Part shown: in pieces, positions 44,941 to 58,349 of the stretch
How positions within the stretch are numbered: the stretch's first letter is position 1
How the letters are laid out: every line of letters begins with the position of its first letter
NCBI RefSeq assembly: GCF_009914755.1
Contig: NC_060932.1
Strand: one strand, 5' to 3'
DNA from: the human T2T-CHM13v2.0 reference genome, Homo sapiens
DNA length: 64,000 nucleotides
Program-made: the position numbers and the translations under genes
The notes under the pieces: generated by a model
The model's database searches: none
Told to the model about the DNA's origin: nothing
The model's input: only the letters and a program-made list of their open reading frames with translations

Positions 44941-45596
44941 TTCTAGATGATCTGTCCATTGCTGAAAGTTGGGTGCTGAAGTCCCCAATTATTGAGGGTT
45001 TTTTAATTAAATATAGCAAAGCTTGTGCTTATACATACTACAAGTATCTTCTCACAGTCTTTTGCTTAATTTTTAACGTTTTTAATAGAATAAATTTTGC
45101 TAAGGCAAATGATTTTACTTATAAGATAAATTTAGATTCTTAATTCACAATATACACTTAACAAATCCAGGTGAATAGTGGAGGAAGAAAGCTTTAGAAG
45201 CTTTTAAAAAAATATGAAGATTATCTCTGTGAAGTTGAAACACGATGAATGCATAAAACAAAAAGGTAGTTAACTAACAAATTTACCACCCCAATATAAG
45301 AAGGACAACAAATTAGAGACTGTCAACAATTCTGCATTTCCAATGTTAAGAATAAAATTTGAAAGTTAGTCATGAAAAGAAACGGGAAAACTTGATCTAA
45401 AAAACTCAATAAAACTGATTCAGAAATGATTAATGTTGCAATTTAGCTGATAAAGATACAAATAATTTAATGTAAATATTTTCAATTACTTAAAGGAATA
45501 GATGAGACTAGTGAGTGAATATATAGTGAATCTCAAAAAACAAAATAGGAACTCCAAAAAGAAGTAAGTGGAAAATTCTAAATGTGAAAATTCTAA

Positions 45597-46136
45597 ACCC
45601 AGCAATCCCATTACTAGGTATATACCAAAGTAAAATCAATTGTTCTACCAAGAAGATACATGCAGTTGTATGTTCATCACAGCACCATTCACAATAACAA
45701 AGTCACAGAATCAACCTATGTGCCCATCAACAGTGAACTGGATAAAGAAAATATGGTACATATACACCATGGAATACTACACAGCCATATAAAAGAAAGA
45801 AATAACATCCTTTGGAGCAACATGAATGCAGCTAGACCGCCATTATTCCAAGTGAATTAATGCAGGAACAGAAAACAAACTACTGCATGTTTTCCTTTAT
45901 AAGTGGGAGCTAAAAATTGGATACTGATGGACACAGATATGGAAACAATAGACACTGGGGACTACTAGAGGTGAGAGAGAGGGAGGAGGGCAAGGGCTGA
46001 AAAACTACCTATTGGATACTATGCTCACTACCTCATTCATGCCCCAAACCTCAGCATCACGCTCTATTATCTTTGCAACAAACCTGAACATGTGCCCCAC
46101 GAATCTAAAATAAAAGTTGAAATTATAAAAAAAAAC
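45597..46136 (+). mobile_element. L1PB/L1MA 3' end, 5'-truncated
   Basis: CCCAGCAATCCCATTACTAGGTATATA...TAAAATAAAAGTTGAAATTATAAAAAAAAA. Confidence 0.85.
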
Positions 46137-46188
46137 TATAAAGCACTCATATAATGGAATGCTCCTCAACAATAAAAACAAGCTGCTG

Positions 46189-46190
<2 letters not shown>

Positions 46191-46229
<39 letters not shown>
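46191..46229. repeat. (CA)n microsatellite
   Basis: Directly visible. Confidence 0.95.
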
Positions 46230-46230
<1 letters not shown>

Positions 46231-49200
46231 CAGTTTCACTATTATCATAGTAAGGAAGTAAGAAATTATACTATCTAAATTCTTCAAGTTTCTTGTATAT
46301 TTAATGAAAGATTTCTATAGCAAAAACAGAAATAAAAAGACATTCAGTACCAGATATGAATACTTTGTTGGATAGCTTAATAACAGATTGGACACTAATG
46401 AAAAAAGATGATACATTTGTTTAATGGTAAGCCAATAGAAGCAATCCAAACCGAATCAGTGGCTTTAAGAAAGTCTCATCCAGGCAGAATGGGCAAACTC
46501 AAGAAAAAAATGCTGTTTGAGGAATTCTTTGAAATGCTGGAATGAGGTGGCACTAGTACCTTCCTGTTTTCAGTCACTGGCAAAGAGCAGTCAAGTGAAG
46601 TTGACCTTGGCCAGAACATAGTGGTAGATCCAAAATAGTAGCAGTTGAAACAATTAGGGCTCATTTAATTTGTAGCTACCTAATTTGCATTCATAAACTT
46701 CTTCAAAGTATTTTCCTATAATCAACAATTATTTTATTTTTGGAGTTATGTTTATTCTTAATGCAATAAGACTTGAACATATTTAACTGCTCTGACAAAT
46801 TTTCTCCATTTTTTAAAGATGCTGCCATTTTTAACCTCAATATATGAAATGCTTTTAGAACTCTATACTATAATTATATTATTTGATTTGCCAATTAATT
46901 TTTATTAAAAAGTTAAAATAGATAAGCAGTGATCCTACTAAATTTCCACCTTTCTTTACATTTAATATTTGGTAAATCATGATGTAATTTCTTTTCTATA
47001 GCTGATTCTGAGCCCATCCTATATTTTAGCCCCTATCTTTGCTTATTTTAGCTCACACAGCAAATACAAAAAGGATTGCTGCTTTTCTTTCTTACCAGAT
47101 TCCACTGATCTGTTGCAAAGAACTAGTATTTTGTACTCTTACCGATATATTACCTTATAGTTTTTCAGCCTTTATTCCTCTTTCAAGCTGTTTAGCCAGG
47201 ATGAGCACAGCCAAATGGTTAAAACTCAAACATAGTTATGTTTGTTAGAGAAAATGAAAATGATATATTTAAATCTTATTTCTGAATACTTCATTAGTTC
47301 AGAATTCATGAGAATTGTGTATTGAGTATAAAGTATCGAGTTGAATGTTACATTTGCATTACCTGAGAAGACTTATTGAGTAAAAGAGTTCTAAAAGCAT
47401 TTTATAATGACAATGTTTATCAATAAAAAAAAATTCTACATAACTTTAATATAATTATATTCCAGCCCAAGTTAAACTGACGCTTTGATATCTTAATTAC
47501 AAATTTCTAACCATTGTATTTAGTAAAGGAATTGCATGACATTAGAAATCATAATTAAAGTCATCTTCTAAATTTCAAAACACACAGGAGACTTATGTAT
47601 AAGCATCTGTAAGAACTTTTGAATCCCTTTGGTAAAATTAAGATGAATAGAATTATTTAACCAAAGAAAGCTGTAATCTTATCAATTATATAGAAATATA
47701 TCTAATATAATATTGGAATAAACATCTTACAGTATTCACGAAGAACACAAGTTGGATAACAGGAATTTTACTTTTAGAGTTTCTATTTTGTTCTTTCAGA
47801 GTCATCATTTGTTCACTCATTGTTCCCATCTATGAGTAATAGTGAGACACACTGTAATGTAGGAACGCAAGTATTCAGAGAGGTATTCTCTATTGAGAAG
47901 GGAGCATTGTTTAACTAGGCTTTGTCATAACCTGACTAATTCTATTATCAGCATACTTGCTCTTTATGTGGTTGCAAAAACAGTTTCCTAATTTCTAAAG
48001 TAGTAGGTCCATAGAGGTCTTCATAAGAGAAAGAATTATTATGGTCAGCATAAAAGTTTGCTCCTAATCGGAAATACCATGTTGTCCTGGAATATTATTT
48101 AGTCAAATTTTGGATTTTCAAATTTCAAAGTCAAGCCTTGAAAAAGAGTCACCACAACTAAATACTACCTTTTTATCTAACTTGAACAACTAAACAACCT
48201 CTTATATTATGTATTTTTATTTCTTCCATCTTAGTTCTATTTATACAATATGCATCAAAAGAATATCACTGCATTTATTTTGGAAATATATACCACCATG
48301 TGTATGCATGTGCGTATGTGTGTATTTCTGTGTGTCAGATGTAAGTTTTATTAAAATTACCTTTCCTTGCAATTAGTTGTAGTTTTACTGAAAATGGTAG
48401 CATGCCACAAGTTCATTTTTTTCATTAAGTTCTTCTGCTACAGAAACTGCCTTAAACAAATTTAAAAAGCAAAAAACATCTCACTTATTGAAGTTCCCAT
48501 ACTAAAGATAAATGGTAAACTAAAAGAACCAGAAACAAGTGGAAATACAGAAGAAAGTAGAGGAGACAAAAATGAAAAGAAAGGGTATATCCATAACCTT
48601 TGCTATATCTGGACAAAGAGAGAGACAAGCTGGTAAGCCAGAATTTTGTAATTTATTATGTATAAGAGTAAGGGTCTGTTACAGAAACAGACAGAATATT
48701 TATTTACATCTTCCAACAAAGATGTTTTCCAGGAACTAAACCATTTAACTAGAGGGCAGTATGTCTCCAGGCTGAACAATATATTGAGCATTTCTTACTT
48801 CTAAGTTGCTTAAATATTTTAAATGCCCGAGAGCCTGGCCAGTTGGTTGATGGCACAAAAGTAGATCTTTGATTGGGAACAGTGGCATTCTTTATCCATG
48901 TTTATGGCAGATGGAATGTTCAGTAATTGAGACTCAGGGGTTAATTGATTTAATTACCAACTTGAAATCAATCAGCCGTATACAGTATACAGCAGCCAGA
49001 TTAAATGAAATCTAACCCACAAAGCATTGCATCTCTAACAACAAATATAATTAACTGTCACTCCTAATTATGACTCAAGGACTTCGATATCATGAAATCC
49101 TGAAGTATCTTCTTTCACTTGTACAACTGATTTGCTCACTTTGTATGTAAGATTCCCTCCACGCAGAAGCAATTTAATTCTATATTGAGAAAATATTTTT

Positions 49201-49487
49201 AAAGGAAGCAGTAAAGAAACCCATAGCTAATGCTGTCTCCAGTCAATTGCCTGTGCTCAGTTATGCTATAAAATCATTATAAATTAGTGATCCAAGAATT
49301 TTGCTATATGGGGCATGAAAGAGCAAGAGTTCCCAGAACTTAACCCTGTCTGTCCTCCGGAGCCTAGGAAAGGATGCAAAAGATATCCAGATGATTCCAA
49401 ACACCATGACTGACTGTGTCTTTGTTACTTAGCTGTGTCTAAGTAACATACAATAAAGTGCCATAGTAATAGTTTTTCAGTTTATGT

Positions 49488-49537
49488 GTCAGTCAAGTAA
49501 AGTGCGTCAGTCAAGTAAAGTAAGTCAGTCAAGTAAA
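49488..49537. repeat. 18-bp-period tandem repeat, about 3 copies (GTCAGTCAAGTAAAGT core)
   Basis: Copies start at 49488, 49506 and 49524. Confidence 0.9.
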
Positions 49538-50684
49538 ATTAAACAATTTATTTGGGTACTACTATTTGGTATTCATTTTTTAAAAAGTAAATTTCTTAGT
49601 TTGTCAGTGTTTATTCAATGGATAATTTCCTAAATGGACACAGTCTTGGTTTCATTTGGAAAAATATAGCTTATTTCGTTCTCACCCCATTATCCTTCAT
49701 TTTATTATAGCCCTCTTATTAACATCACATTCGCTCTTGGAGGCTAATTTACTATATGAGTCTCTGACCCTGACTTTGCCTTTGTTTCAATCTTCTATGC
49801 TGATATAAATGCTTTAATCCAGTTATATCACCTGATATCTGATATATTATTGTTCGTATGGGGCATATTCTTCGGTGTTTGGTAAAATCTTCATTCAGCT
49901 AAGGAAAAGGCTGAAGCTCTCTTCTCTTCTTTGAGATGGGCAGTTTTAGGGCCTGTTTTCCCCAGAATTAAAACCAAATAAACAAATAACATTTCCATCT
50001 ACCCAGAAGAGAGCCTATCTGCACAGATTTGGAAATCCTGAAGTTAGTTTATTACGTGCATTAGGCCAGAGGCCCTCTCATTAGTGTAATATTTCTATCA
50101 TTATGGTGATTTCGTTCAGTTGGGTGTCTTCTCTCTCTTCTGGGAGTAACAGGTACTTTCTGCAAAATAGATGCTTCTAACTTTGACCTTTTTAGTGCTA
50201 GACTTTTCTAAGAGTTAACCTTCATTTTCCTAGCAGCACCTACAAAACAATTCTGATATGTCTGGGTAATTCCTAAATGTTCTTCTTCAGGAATGCCACC
50301 AATAATTGGATATAGAACTATTCAAAGAAGTGTCTTATCTGTGGGGTTCAACACTTGTGAAGGCACAGGTACTCTTGCTCTTGGATTTGATTATGCATGT
50401 TTCCCCTGGTTTCAGGCCAGAGGAGGGAGTGCTGTCTGTCATGCAATCATTTCCCTTGTCTATTTACTAGATAGTTGCCCTCATGCATGCCTATCCTCTA
50501 CCTCTTACCTGGATATGGCTTTGTCCAATGATGTCCCATCCTATAAAGACGGTCTCCACTTAAACACTGGCTAATAAGGAGATAATCAATAATACACCTA
50601 TGTTGACAAGGGTCTAGTGGTCTTTTAAATGAATCAATGGTACAAGAACCACAGTTTACAGAAATTATAAAACTGGCACTAATG

Positions 50685-52322
50685 CAAATCCATTCCATGC
50701 CAATGAATTGGAAGAATCAGTATCATGAAAATGACCATACTGCCCAAAGCAATCTACAGATTCAATCCAATTACTATCAAAATACCAACACCATTTTTCA
50801 TAGAATTAGGAAAAAAAAATCTTGAAATTCATATGGGACCAAAATGGCTGGAATAGCCAAAGTAATCCTAAGCATAAAGAACAAATCTGGAGGCAGGCAT
50901 CACATTACCTGAATTCAAATTATACTGTAAGGCCACAGTATCCAAAATAGCATGGTACTGGTATAAATGTAGATACATACACAGATAGAATGAAATAGGA
51001 AAACAGAAATAAAGTCAAATACTTAACAACCAACTGATCTTTGACAAAAATTACAAAAACATAAATTGGGGAAAGGACACGCTACTCAATAAATGGTGCT
51101 AAGAAAACTGGATAGCCACAGGTAGAAGAATGAACCTGGATCCCTCTCTCTCACCATATACAAAAATGAACTCAAGATAGATTAAAGACTTAAATCTGAA
51201 ACCATAAAAATCCTAGAAGAAAACCTAGGAGAAACTCTTCTGGACATTGGCCTAGGTAAAGAATTTATGACTAAGACCCCAAAAACAAACTCAACAAAAA
51301 CAAATAAATTGGACCCAATTAAACTAAGAAGCTTCTGCAAAACAAAATTTAGCAGAGTAAACAGACAACCCATAGAATGGGAGGAAATATTTGAAAACTA
51401 TGAATCCAACAAAGAACTAATATCCAGGATCTACAAGAAACTAAAACAAATCAGTAAGATAAAAACAAATAATTCCATGAAAAAGTGGGCAAATGACATG
51501 AATACACAATTCTCACAAGAAGATGTACAAATGGCCAACAAACATGAAAAAATGCTCAACATCACTAATCATCAGAGAAATGCAAATTAAAACCACCATA
51601 AGATACCACATTATCCCAGAATGACCATTATTTTAAGTCAAAAAACAATAGATGTTGGCGTGGACATAGGGAAAAGAAAATGCTTATACACTGCTGGTGG
51701 GATGTAAATTAGTACAACTTCTATGGAAAACAGTTTGGAGATTTCTCAATGAACTAAAAGTAGATCTACCACTTGATCCAGCAATCACATTACTGGGTAT
51801 CTACCCAAAGGAAATGAAATTATTATATAAAAAAGATATCTGCACATGTATGTTAATTGCAGCACAACTAACAACTGCAAAGATACAGGGCTAACCTCAG
51901 TGTCCATCAACCAATGAGTGGATAAAGAAAATGTGGTATATATAAACCGTAAAATACCAAGCCATACAAAAAAGAATGAAGTAGTGTATTTTGCAGCAAC
52001 CTGGATGAAGCTGAAGGCCATTATTCTAAATGAAGTAACTTCAGGAATGGAAACCAAATACTGTATGCTCTCACTTACACATGGAAGCTAAGCTATGGGT
52101 GCGAAAAGGCAGACAGAGCGGTATAATGGACATTGGAGGCTCAGAAGCAGGGACGGTGGTAGGGGGCTGAATGATAAAAACAAAATTACATGTTAGGTAC
52201 AGTGAACACTACTAGGGTGATGTGTGCACTAAAATCTCAGACTTCACCAATACATAATTCATACATGTTACCAAAAACCACTTGTACCTCGAAAACTACT
52301 AAAATAAATATAAAATAAAATA
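50685..52322 (+). mobile_element. L1PB/L1MA 3' 1.6 kb, 5'-truncated
   Basis: ORF2 C-terminal remnants (ORFs 51267-51590, 51697-51894), 3'UTR and A-rich tail; approximate TSD ATAAAACTGG. Confidence 0.88.
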
Positions 52323-52639
52323 AAACTGGGCCACATAGAGGCCCACACAGAACTTGCTCAGCTCACACTTGGCCTGTGTGCTTCCAACTAATAGACACTT
52401 TATATAGTTTTTCTGGATGCATTCCAAGAGTGAGGCAGCCACAGAATCAAACATATCCAGCAAAATGGGAAACTTCTTGAATTTTGCCATAAAATAATAA
52501 GTAGCTACAATTTCCAAAAGTTCTTCAGATACCTAATATATTCTTAATATTCAAAGAAAAGGATTGAAACATAATTTTTGTTGCCACTAGAAGTAAGCCT
52601 GTTCATAGAATTTAGAGAGAAAAGTGGTAATGGTAGTGA

Positions 52640-52820
52640 ATTGCATGCTTAATAGGTACTTAGTACTATTCTAAATGCAGTATTACATTTCTATTAATTC
52701 TTACAACATCCGTTCTAAAGTAAATACTGGTACTATGTGGCATACAAAAGCTAACTGTTTGTAAGTAGTAAAGCCATAATTTGAACTAAATAATTTTGCT
52801 CTGGAGCTCATGCTTTTAAT
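52640..52820 (-). mobile_element. MIR fragment
   Basis: TCTTACAACATCC...ATTTGAACT...TCTGGAGCTCATGCTTTTAA. Confidence 0.5.
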
Positions 52821-53194
52821 GGCCTAGCTCAGTACTATGTCAAAAACAAAACAAAAATCCAATAGGATTTAATTTTTAGTAAATATTGCCTGAGAAAGGG
52901 ATTCTGTGCTCCCTAGTTCCTTCTGAGCCTTAAAGGTATATGCCAAACAATCAGTGGTTGGGTTTAATATCTTGACAGACAGATCTTGATATAAATTAGT
53001 TTGGAAACATTTAGGCAGCTAGAACTACCAGGAACAAGGAAGGGAGTAGTACCAATTGTCCTGTACTTTTCTAGATGGGGATTTCATCTAAGGTATATAT
53101 TTTGTACATCTTAGATATAAACTGGGCTGCAATTTTTTTTTAGCAATTAAAGATTTCTATAAGCAGGGGCAGCTCTTTCAAAGGGGTTATAAAC

Positions 53195-53400
53195 CAGAAC
53201 ATGCTATGATTCTTTCAGTTACTAGCTATGTGATTATGAGCATGTTACTTAATTTTTTTGTCATAGTTTCATCATTTGTAAAAAGGGGATAATAACAGTA
53301 CTTATCACACAGGTGTTTCTGATAATCAAATAAGTTGATATGTATAAAATTTACAGAATGTTGCCTGAGATATGGTAAACACCAGGAAAATATGATTGTG
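53195..53400 (+). mobile_element. MIR
   Basis: TTACTAGCTATGTGA...AGTTTCATCATTTGTAAAAAGGGGATAATAACAGTACTTATCACACAGG. Confidence 0.75.
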
Positions 53401-54606
53401 TTCATATCATTATGAATATCCAGAACTCCTAGCCATCACTGGTCAATAAAAGGCCATTTAAATAGCTATGCTATTGCTCACCTTTACATTTTATCCATGA
53501 TTCCATTTCATTCCCTTCATTTTACCAATCCTTAGGATCTTTATTCTTTCTTACACATCCCTAGTCTACCTATTCTAAATGTTATTCATTATCTCCATGA
53601 TGAGTTCAGCCTCAGAAGTCCAAAGGACAGATAGAGCTACAACATGCCCCTCAACACCTAACCTCCCTTCCCTCACTGCCCCTGTGCCTGAGGTTTCTAG
53701 TTTAGTATTTAAGACTCCTCAGGGCTGTTCTACCTGACTCCTCAACCCTAGATAGCAACCTCCTTAGGGGGTAGCCAGACACACAATTTAATCCCAAATC
53801 CCTTACTCACATTTTGCCTTAACCAGTTGTCAAAACTTATTTCCTCCAACTCCCATATGTACCAGTCACAAACCTGTTAAGTTACCTGCAAGTTTTCAAC
53901 CTTGCTTTAGTCATTTGTGATTTTCCTTCTCAGCTCTGAAATTTGGTTCACTTGAAAAACATTCTGGTTCTCCAGCCACATTTTCTTTTATCCAAGCTGT
54001 ACTACTTCAGGCTGCCATGGGAACCACTCCTCCAAATTAAAGAGCCCCCAGTGACCTGACTACCCAATACTTCTCTAAAGGGAAATGCCCTTAGAAGCAA
54101 GCTTTAGCCCAGACGCATACTATACATTCAGTTAAATAAACAGTGTTGAATGACTACAAAACACACAAGATCAGCTATTCAAACATTTTCATATGAGAAA
54201 CAATACTGCAATATTTTCAGGTGTTTAATGATGTTGCTTTACAAATCATAACTTTTATCCACAAAAAGGAATAAGCATAAAGGAAGGAGAAATTCTCTCA
54301 TTTTAAACGCATGATGAGATTTTTTTTTAATTCTGAAAACAATTATAAAGTAAATTGAATAGAGGATTTCTTGGGAAATTAGTGACTGATCCAAGGAATT
54401 GCCAAAGTTCTAATAATCCAGATGCCATTTTGTAGCATTTGGAAATGCAATTAGGTAATGTGAACTTCCTGAATATAAAACACAAACAATTGGCACAAAA
54501 TCGCCTTATGTATTTAAATTGTAGATATTCTTTAAAATTTTTTATTGAACTAAGAGAACATGATGTTTCAGGTCAATTATTATAGTCAGCTTTTCTATCA
54601 ACATTA

Positions 54607-55040
54607 TGTTGGGAAAAAATTATCCATGAATATCTCACATTTTTGCATGATCTGGATATTCTGAGAAGATATTTACAGTCAACTTAAGAATGTTTTTAAT
54701 ATAAGGGGACACTGCAAGATAGTAAAGTTTAGAGCTGTCTCCCGCCCTTGAGATGTTCCAGAGGAGATTTGTTTACACTCCAGAGTAAAGATAAGGTGTC
54801 TCTCATTCTGGAGTGGGTGCTCAGTTACCCAGTAGTTGTATATACGATTCGAGTTTCCTAATTCTGGGCATTCTCTCCTTTAATTTACCCTACTACATGT
54901 GCAGATATGATTTGAACTTCAGCACACCACCCTGTGGGGACTGGGACTCAAGGAACTGGAAATGGTACAATAACATTACTCCTGATGATGCTTTTGCTGT
55001 GAGTAATAAACTGCCTTTGTCTCTGACCCAGATGTCTTTT
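54607..55040 (+). mobile_element. LTR40-like (ERVL) LTR
   Basis: TGTTGGGAAAAAATTATCCATG... and 3' GCTGTGAGTAATAAACTGCCTTTGTCTCTGACCCAG. Confidence 0.6.
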
Positions 55041-55042
55041 GA

Positions 55043-55196
55043 TTATATATATATAAATATATATATATAATATATATAATATATAAATATATATATAAAA
55101 TATATATAATATATATAAAATATATAATATATATTATATATAAACATATATAATAATATATATAAATGTGTGAGTGTGTGTGTGTGTGTGTGTGTG
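55043..55196. repeat. (TA)-rich tract followed by (TG)n
   Basis: Directly visible. Confidence 0.95.
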
Positions 55197-55256
55197 TAAC
55201 TCAGCAACTACATATATAACTAACTATAAGTACACTAGCTATAAGAAAGTTTGGGA

Positions 55257-55622
55257 GGCTGGGTGCGGTGACTCACGCCGGTAATCCCAGCAATTTGGGA
55301 GGCCAAGGCAGGTGGATAATTTGAGGTCAAGAGTTCAAGACCAGCCTTGGCAACATTGTGAAATCCAGTCTCTACTAAAAATACAAAAATTAGCTGGGTG
55401 GTAGTGGCACGTGCCTGTAATCCCAGCTATTCAGGAGGCTGAGGCAAGAGAATCAATTGAGCCTGGGAGGCGGAGGTTGTGGTGAGCCAAGATCGTGCCA
55501 TTGCACTCCAGTGTGGGCAACAGAGTGAGGGAAAGAAAAGAAAAAAAAGAAAAGAAAAGAAAAGAAAAGAAAAGAAAAGAAAAGAAAAGAAAAGGAAGGG
55601 AAGGAAGGGAAGGAAGGAAGGA
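55257..55622 (+). mobile_element. Alu (AluS/J) with expanded (GAAAA)n/(GGAA)n tail
   Basis: Dimeric Alu; TSD AAAGTTTGGGA (55246-55256) / AAAGTTCGGGA (55623-55633). Confidence 0.95.
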
Positions 55623-55691
55623 AAAGTTCGGGAAAAGCAGCTTTAGATTTCCTGAGCTATAATACTCAGGGATGGGGGGAACAGTAGTAAG

Positions 55692-55722
55692 TGTGTGTGT
55701 GTGTGTGTGTGTGTGTTTGTGT
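55692..55722. repeat. (TG)n microsatellite
   Basis: Directly visible. Confidence 0.95.
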
Positions 55723-55789
55723 GCAGTTACTTTTTACTTTAAAGTAAAAAGTTTTACCTTGCAAGCAAGATAAAATCTCAGTCCATTCA

Positions 55790-56465
55790 CAGTTTCTGAC
55801 TTTACTTAGATATAAATTACATCTAATGAAATTATTTTAAATGTAGTGTTTATGAGCATTGATACATATATAGACATGTGTAACCAACACCACAATCATG
55901 ATATAGAATATTTCAATCACCAAAAAAGCTCTCTTTTGCTTATTCCCAATCTCCTCTAGACCCTCAGATAGAAGCAATCACTGATATATTGTCTATAATT
56001 ATGGATTATATTAATATTTTCTAAAGTTTCATATAAATGGAATCACGCAATTCACTCATCATAATATTTTTGAGATTCAACCATGCCATTTCTTGTTACA
56101 CTAATGCATTCTTCTTAATTGCTGTTTAGTATTCCAGTATATTAATATTCTATGTGTTTATGCATTCTGCTATTGAAAGGCACCTAGGAGGTTTTCCAGT
56201 TTGGAGCCACTATAATAAAGCTACTAAGGTCATTAATTTGCAAGTCTTCATGTATAAACAAATTTTATTTCTCTTGGGTAAATAAACAAAAGTAGAGTGA
56301 CTAGGGTGCATAGTAAGTGTATTATTAACTTTATACAATTTGTGAAACTATTTTCCAAACTGATTGTATCATTTAACATTTGATAACATGTTTGTGAATT
56401 CCACTTATTTGATGTCCTCTCTAAAATTTGAATTGCCATCTTTTTAATGTTGGCATTCTAATAGG
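55790..56465 (-). mobile_element. Old L1M (L1MB/ME) 3' fragment
   Basis: TGTAACCAACACCACAATCATGATATAGAATATTTC...TTTCATATAAATGGAATCA. Confidence 0.7.
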
Positions 56466-56489
56466 TGCAATAAGAATGCTCCACATGCT

Positions 56490-57050
56490 AGTTATTGTCA
56501 GTCTGCACTTGGCATCCACTTCTATATTCTTCTGTTTCCCCAACCCTTGAATGTGATAGAAATGGAAAATCTAAAGCTGCTTTTGCCAAACTTCCTTATA
56601 CCTAGACTTCTCAATGCAGTTTAGATTATTTCAATGAGACAAATGCCCATAAAATTTGGAAAGTGTCAACGATGCGGAGACTATTCTTTTCTGAGATGGT
56701 GCAGTTGGTCAAATGGGCTTAGGCAGCAGCTGGATTCCATGTTCTTCTCCATCTTACCAGAGTCGGGTATGCAGAAGTTGTAACATCAATAGGGGTGATA
56801 GTCAAGACAACAACCAGTTCCTGATCTCTGGGTTATAGCTATAGTAGCATTTGCCCTTTAAATCAGAAGCAGAATGCTTGCTTCAGCAGCACATATACTA
56901 AAATTGAAATCAGAAGCAGAGCAGTGACCACTTGACTTTTACTTCAAGAATTCTGATGATTTTGAAATCAATTAAGCCCCCTTTAAAAATGCTTTTCTGC
57001 TTAGCACTCCTGGAGTACCTTCTGTTACCTGAATCTTGATTGATTCAGTA
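56490..57050. mobile_element. Old ERVL-type LTR (LTR33/LTR41-like), host of the U6 copy
   Basis: Weak resemblance to LTR33-class termini; subfamily and strand uncertain. Confidence 0.35.
56874..56906 (+). pseudogene. RNU6: U6 snRNA 3'-truncated (tailless) retrocopy, nt 1-33
   Basis: ATGCTTGCTTCAGCAGCACATATACTAAAATTG vs U6 GTGCTCGCTTCGGCAGCACATATACTAAAATTG (30/33; two of the three changes at CpG). Perfect 14-bp TSD AAATCAGAAGCAGA at 56860-56873 and 56907-56920. Confidence 0.93.
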
Positions 57051-58349
57051 GACATTAAGGAAAAAAAGAAAATTAAAAATGTAAAATATATAGACAGGAG
57101 TTGTAAATGTGAATTGGCATAGTGTTTAGAATTTCTCTACTCCTCAGTGGGAACTGCTTAATATGATTATTATTTTATCACTGTAACAATGTGTTAACAA
57201 AGATCAGTTGGCAATATATTAATATTGTTAACATTTTTTGAGAACTTACTATGTACCAGGCACTGTGATAATTAATTTGATGCTTATTATAAACCTGTCA
57301 ATCACAGCACAGTCCTTATTATGTCACCTTAAATCTAATTTAATCATTTCCTACTCTATACTAGAAAAGAATTTAAGCGTAGTTCTATCTAAAACAAAAT
57401 TATACAATTCCACTTCTATGTTTCTTCTCTGAAAAAATGTGCCACTAATTATCACCTTCTACCTCATTGGGAAAATAGGCACTCTCCCAAATGCTTGACA
57501 CTTACCTGCAAATTTACCCACTTCCAACTTCCTTTCTTCTTCTTAGGGTTACAATGAAAATGATCACTTTCTTCTTGTACAAAATTTATACAAATTTATC
57601 AAGAAATATGAGGTGTCTTATGACCTCTATCATATTTACTTCTTCAGTCTGAAATTCTGTCATCCTCATTTCAAACTATCTCTAATCTCAAGACACCCAA
57701 TTTTTAAAAAAACCCTCTCTGCATCACTAAGGGTTCAATGAGATAAGCAAAACTACTACAAATAATATGGAATAAGGTACTTAATACAGGGAATTCAGAT
57801 CTTAGTAAGTATAGGAGGTGGTCAAGAATTCTACACAGGCTATCGCCTCTGAGTTGAGGTTGAGCCTGAAGAGGTATGGATGATCTTGGCCATCAGACAG
57901 AAAGAAAAGCTGAATATAAAGGAGAACAATAAGAAACTAGAACCACAAAGATGAGCTGGAACCTTCATCAATCTATAGGTTCTACTGTCAGCTTTAATGC
58001 CAGGACTGATCCACAGTAGAAGCTGTCTCCCTTGACTATAGATCTGCTCGTATGCCAGTCCTAGAATTTTGAGAACCTTTGGGAGAAAACCCAGCAGGAG
58101 AGAAAGGAGCTGCAGGCTGCAGGTTTACCCATGCCAACAAGATAAGCCAACACTGCCACAGTGCTGGACACCCTTCAATAACCTTCAAAAAATAAAATGC
58201 TATTATCACTCTTTCACTTCTTCCTGCCAAGTCACATGCATATGCATCTTGCAGCCATCTGTAATCCAAAACAATGCTGGGGAAAGGGATCTTGGAAAGA
58301 TAGTTAAGGTTCAGCAAGTTAACACAATATGAATCTGTATGTGTTATTT

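Noticed and set aside
49488-49537. CRISPR-like array
   Set aside because: Only 2-nt separators, three copies, no cas genes and a eukaryotic context: an ordinary tandem repeat.
49552-49564. 13-bp inverted match (TTGGGTACTACTA) to 14801-14813 as another remote template
   Set aside because: A 13-bp match across 64 kb on two strands is expected by chance.
57720-58330. Probable old LTR-type repeat
   Set aside because: It looks repeat-derived, but I cannot assign family or boundaries reliably, so it is not listed as a feature.
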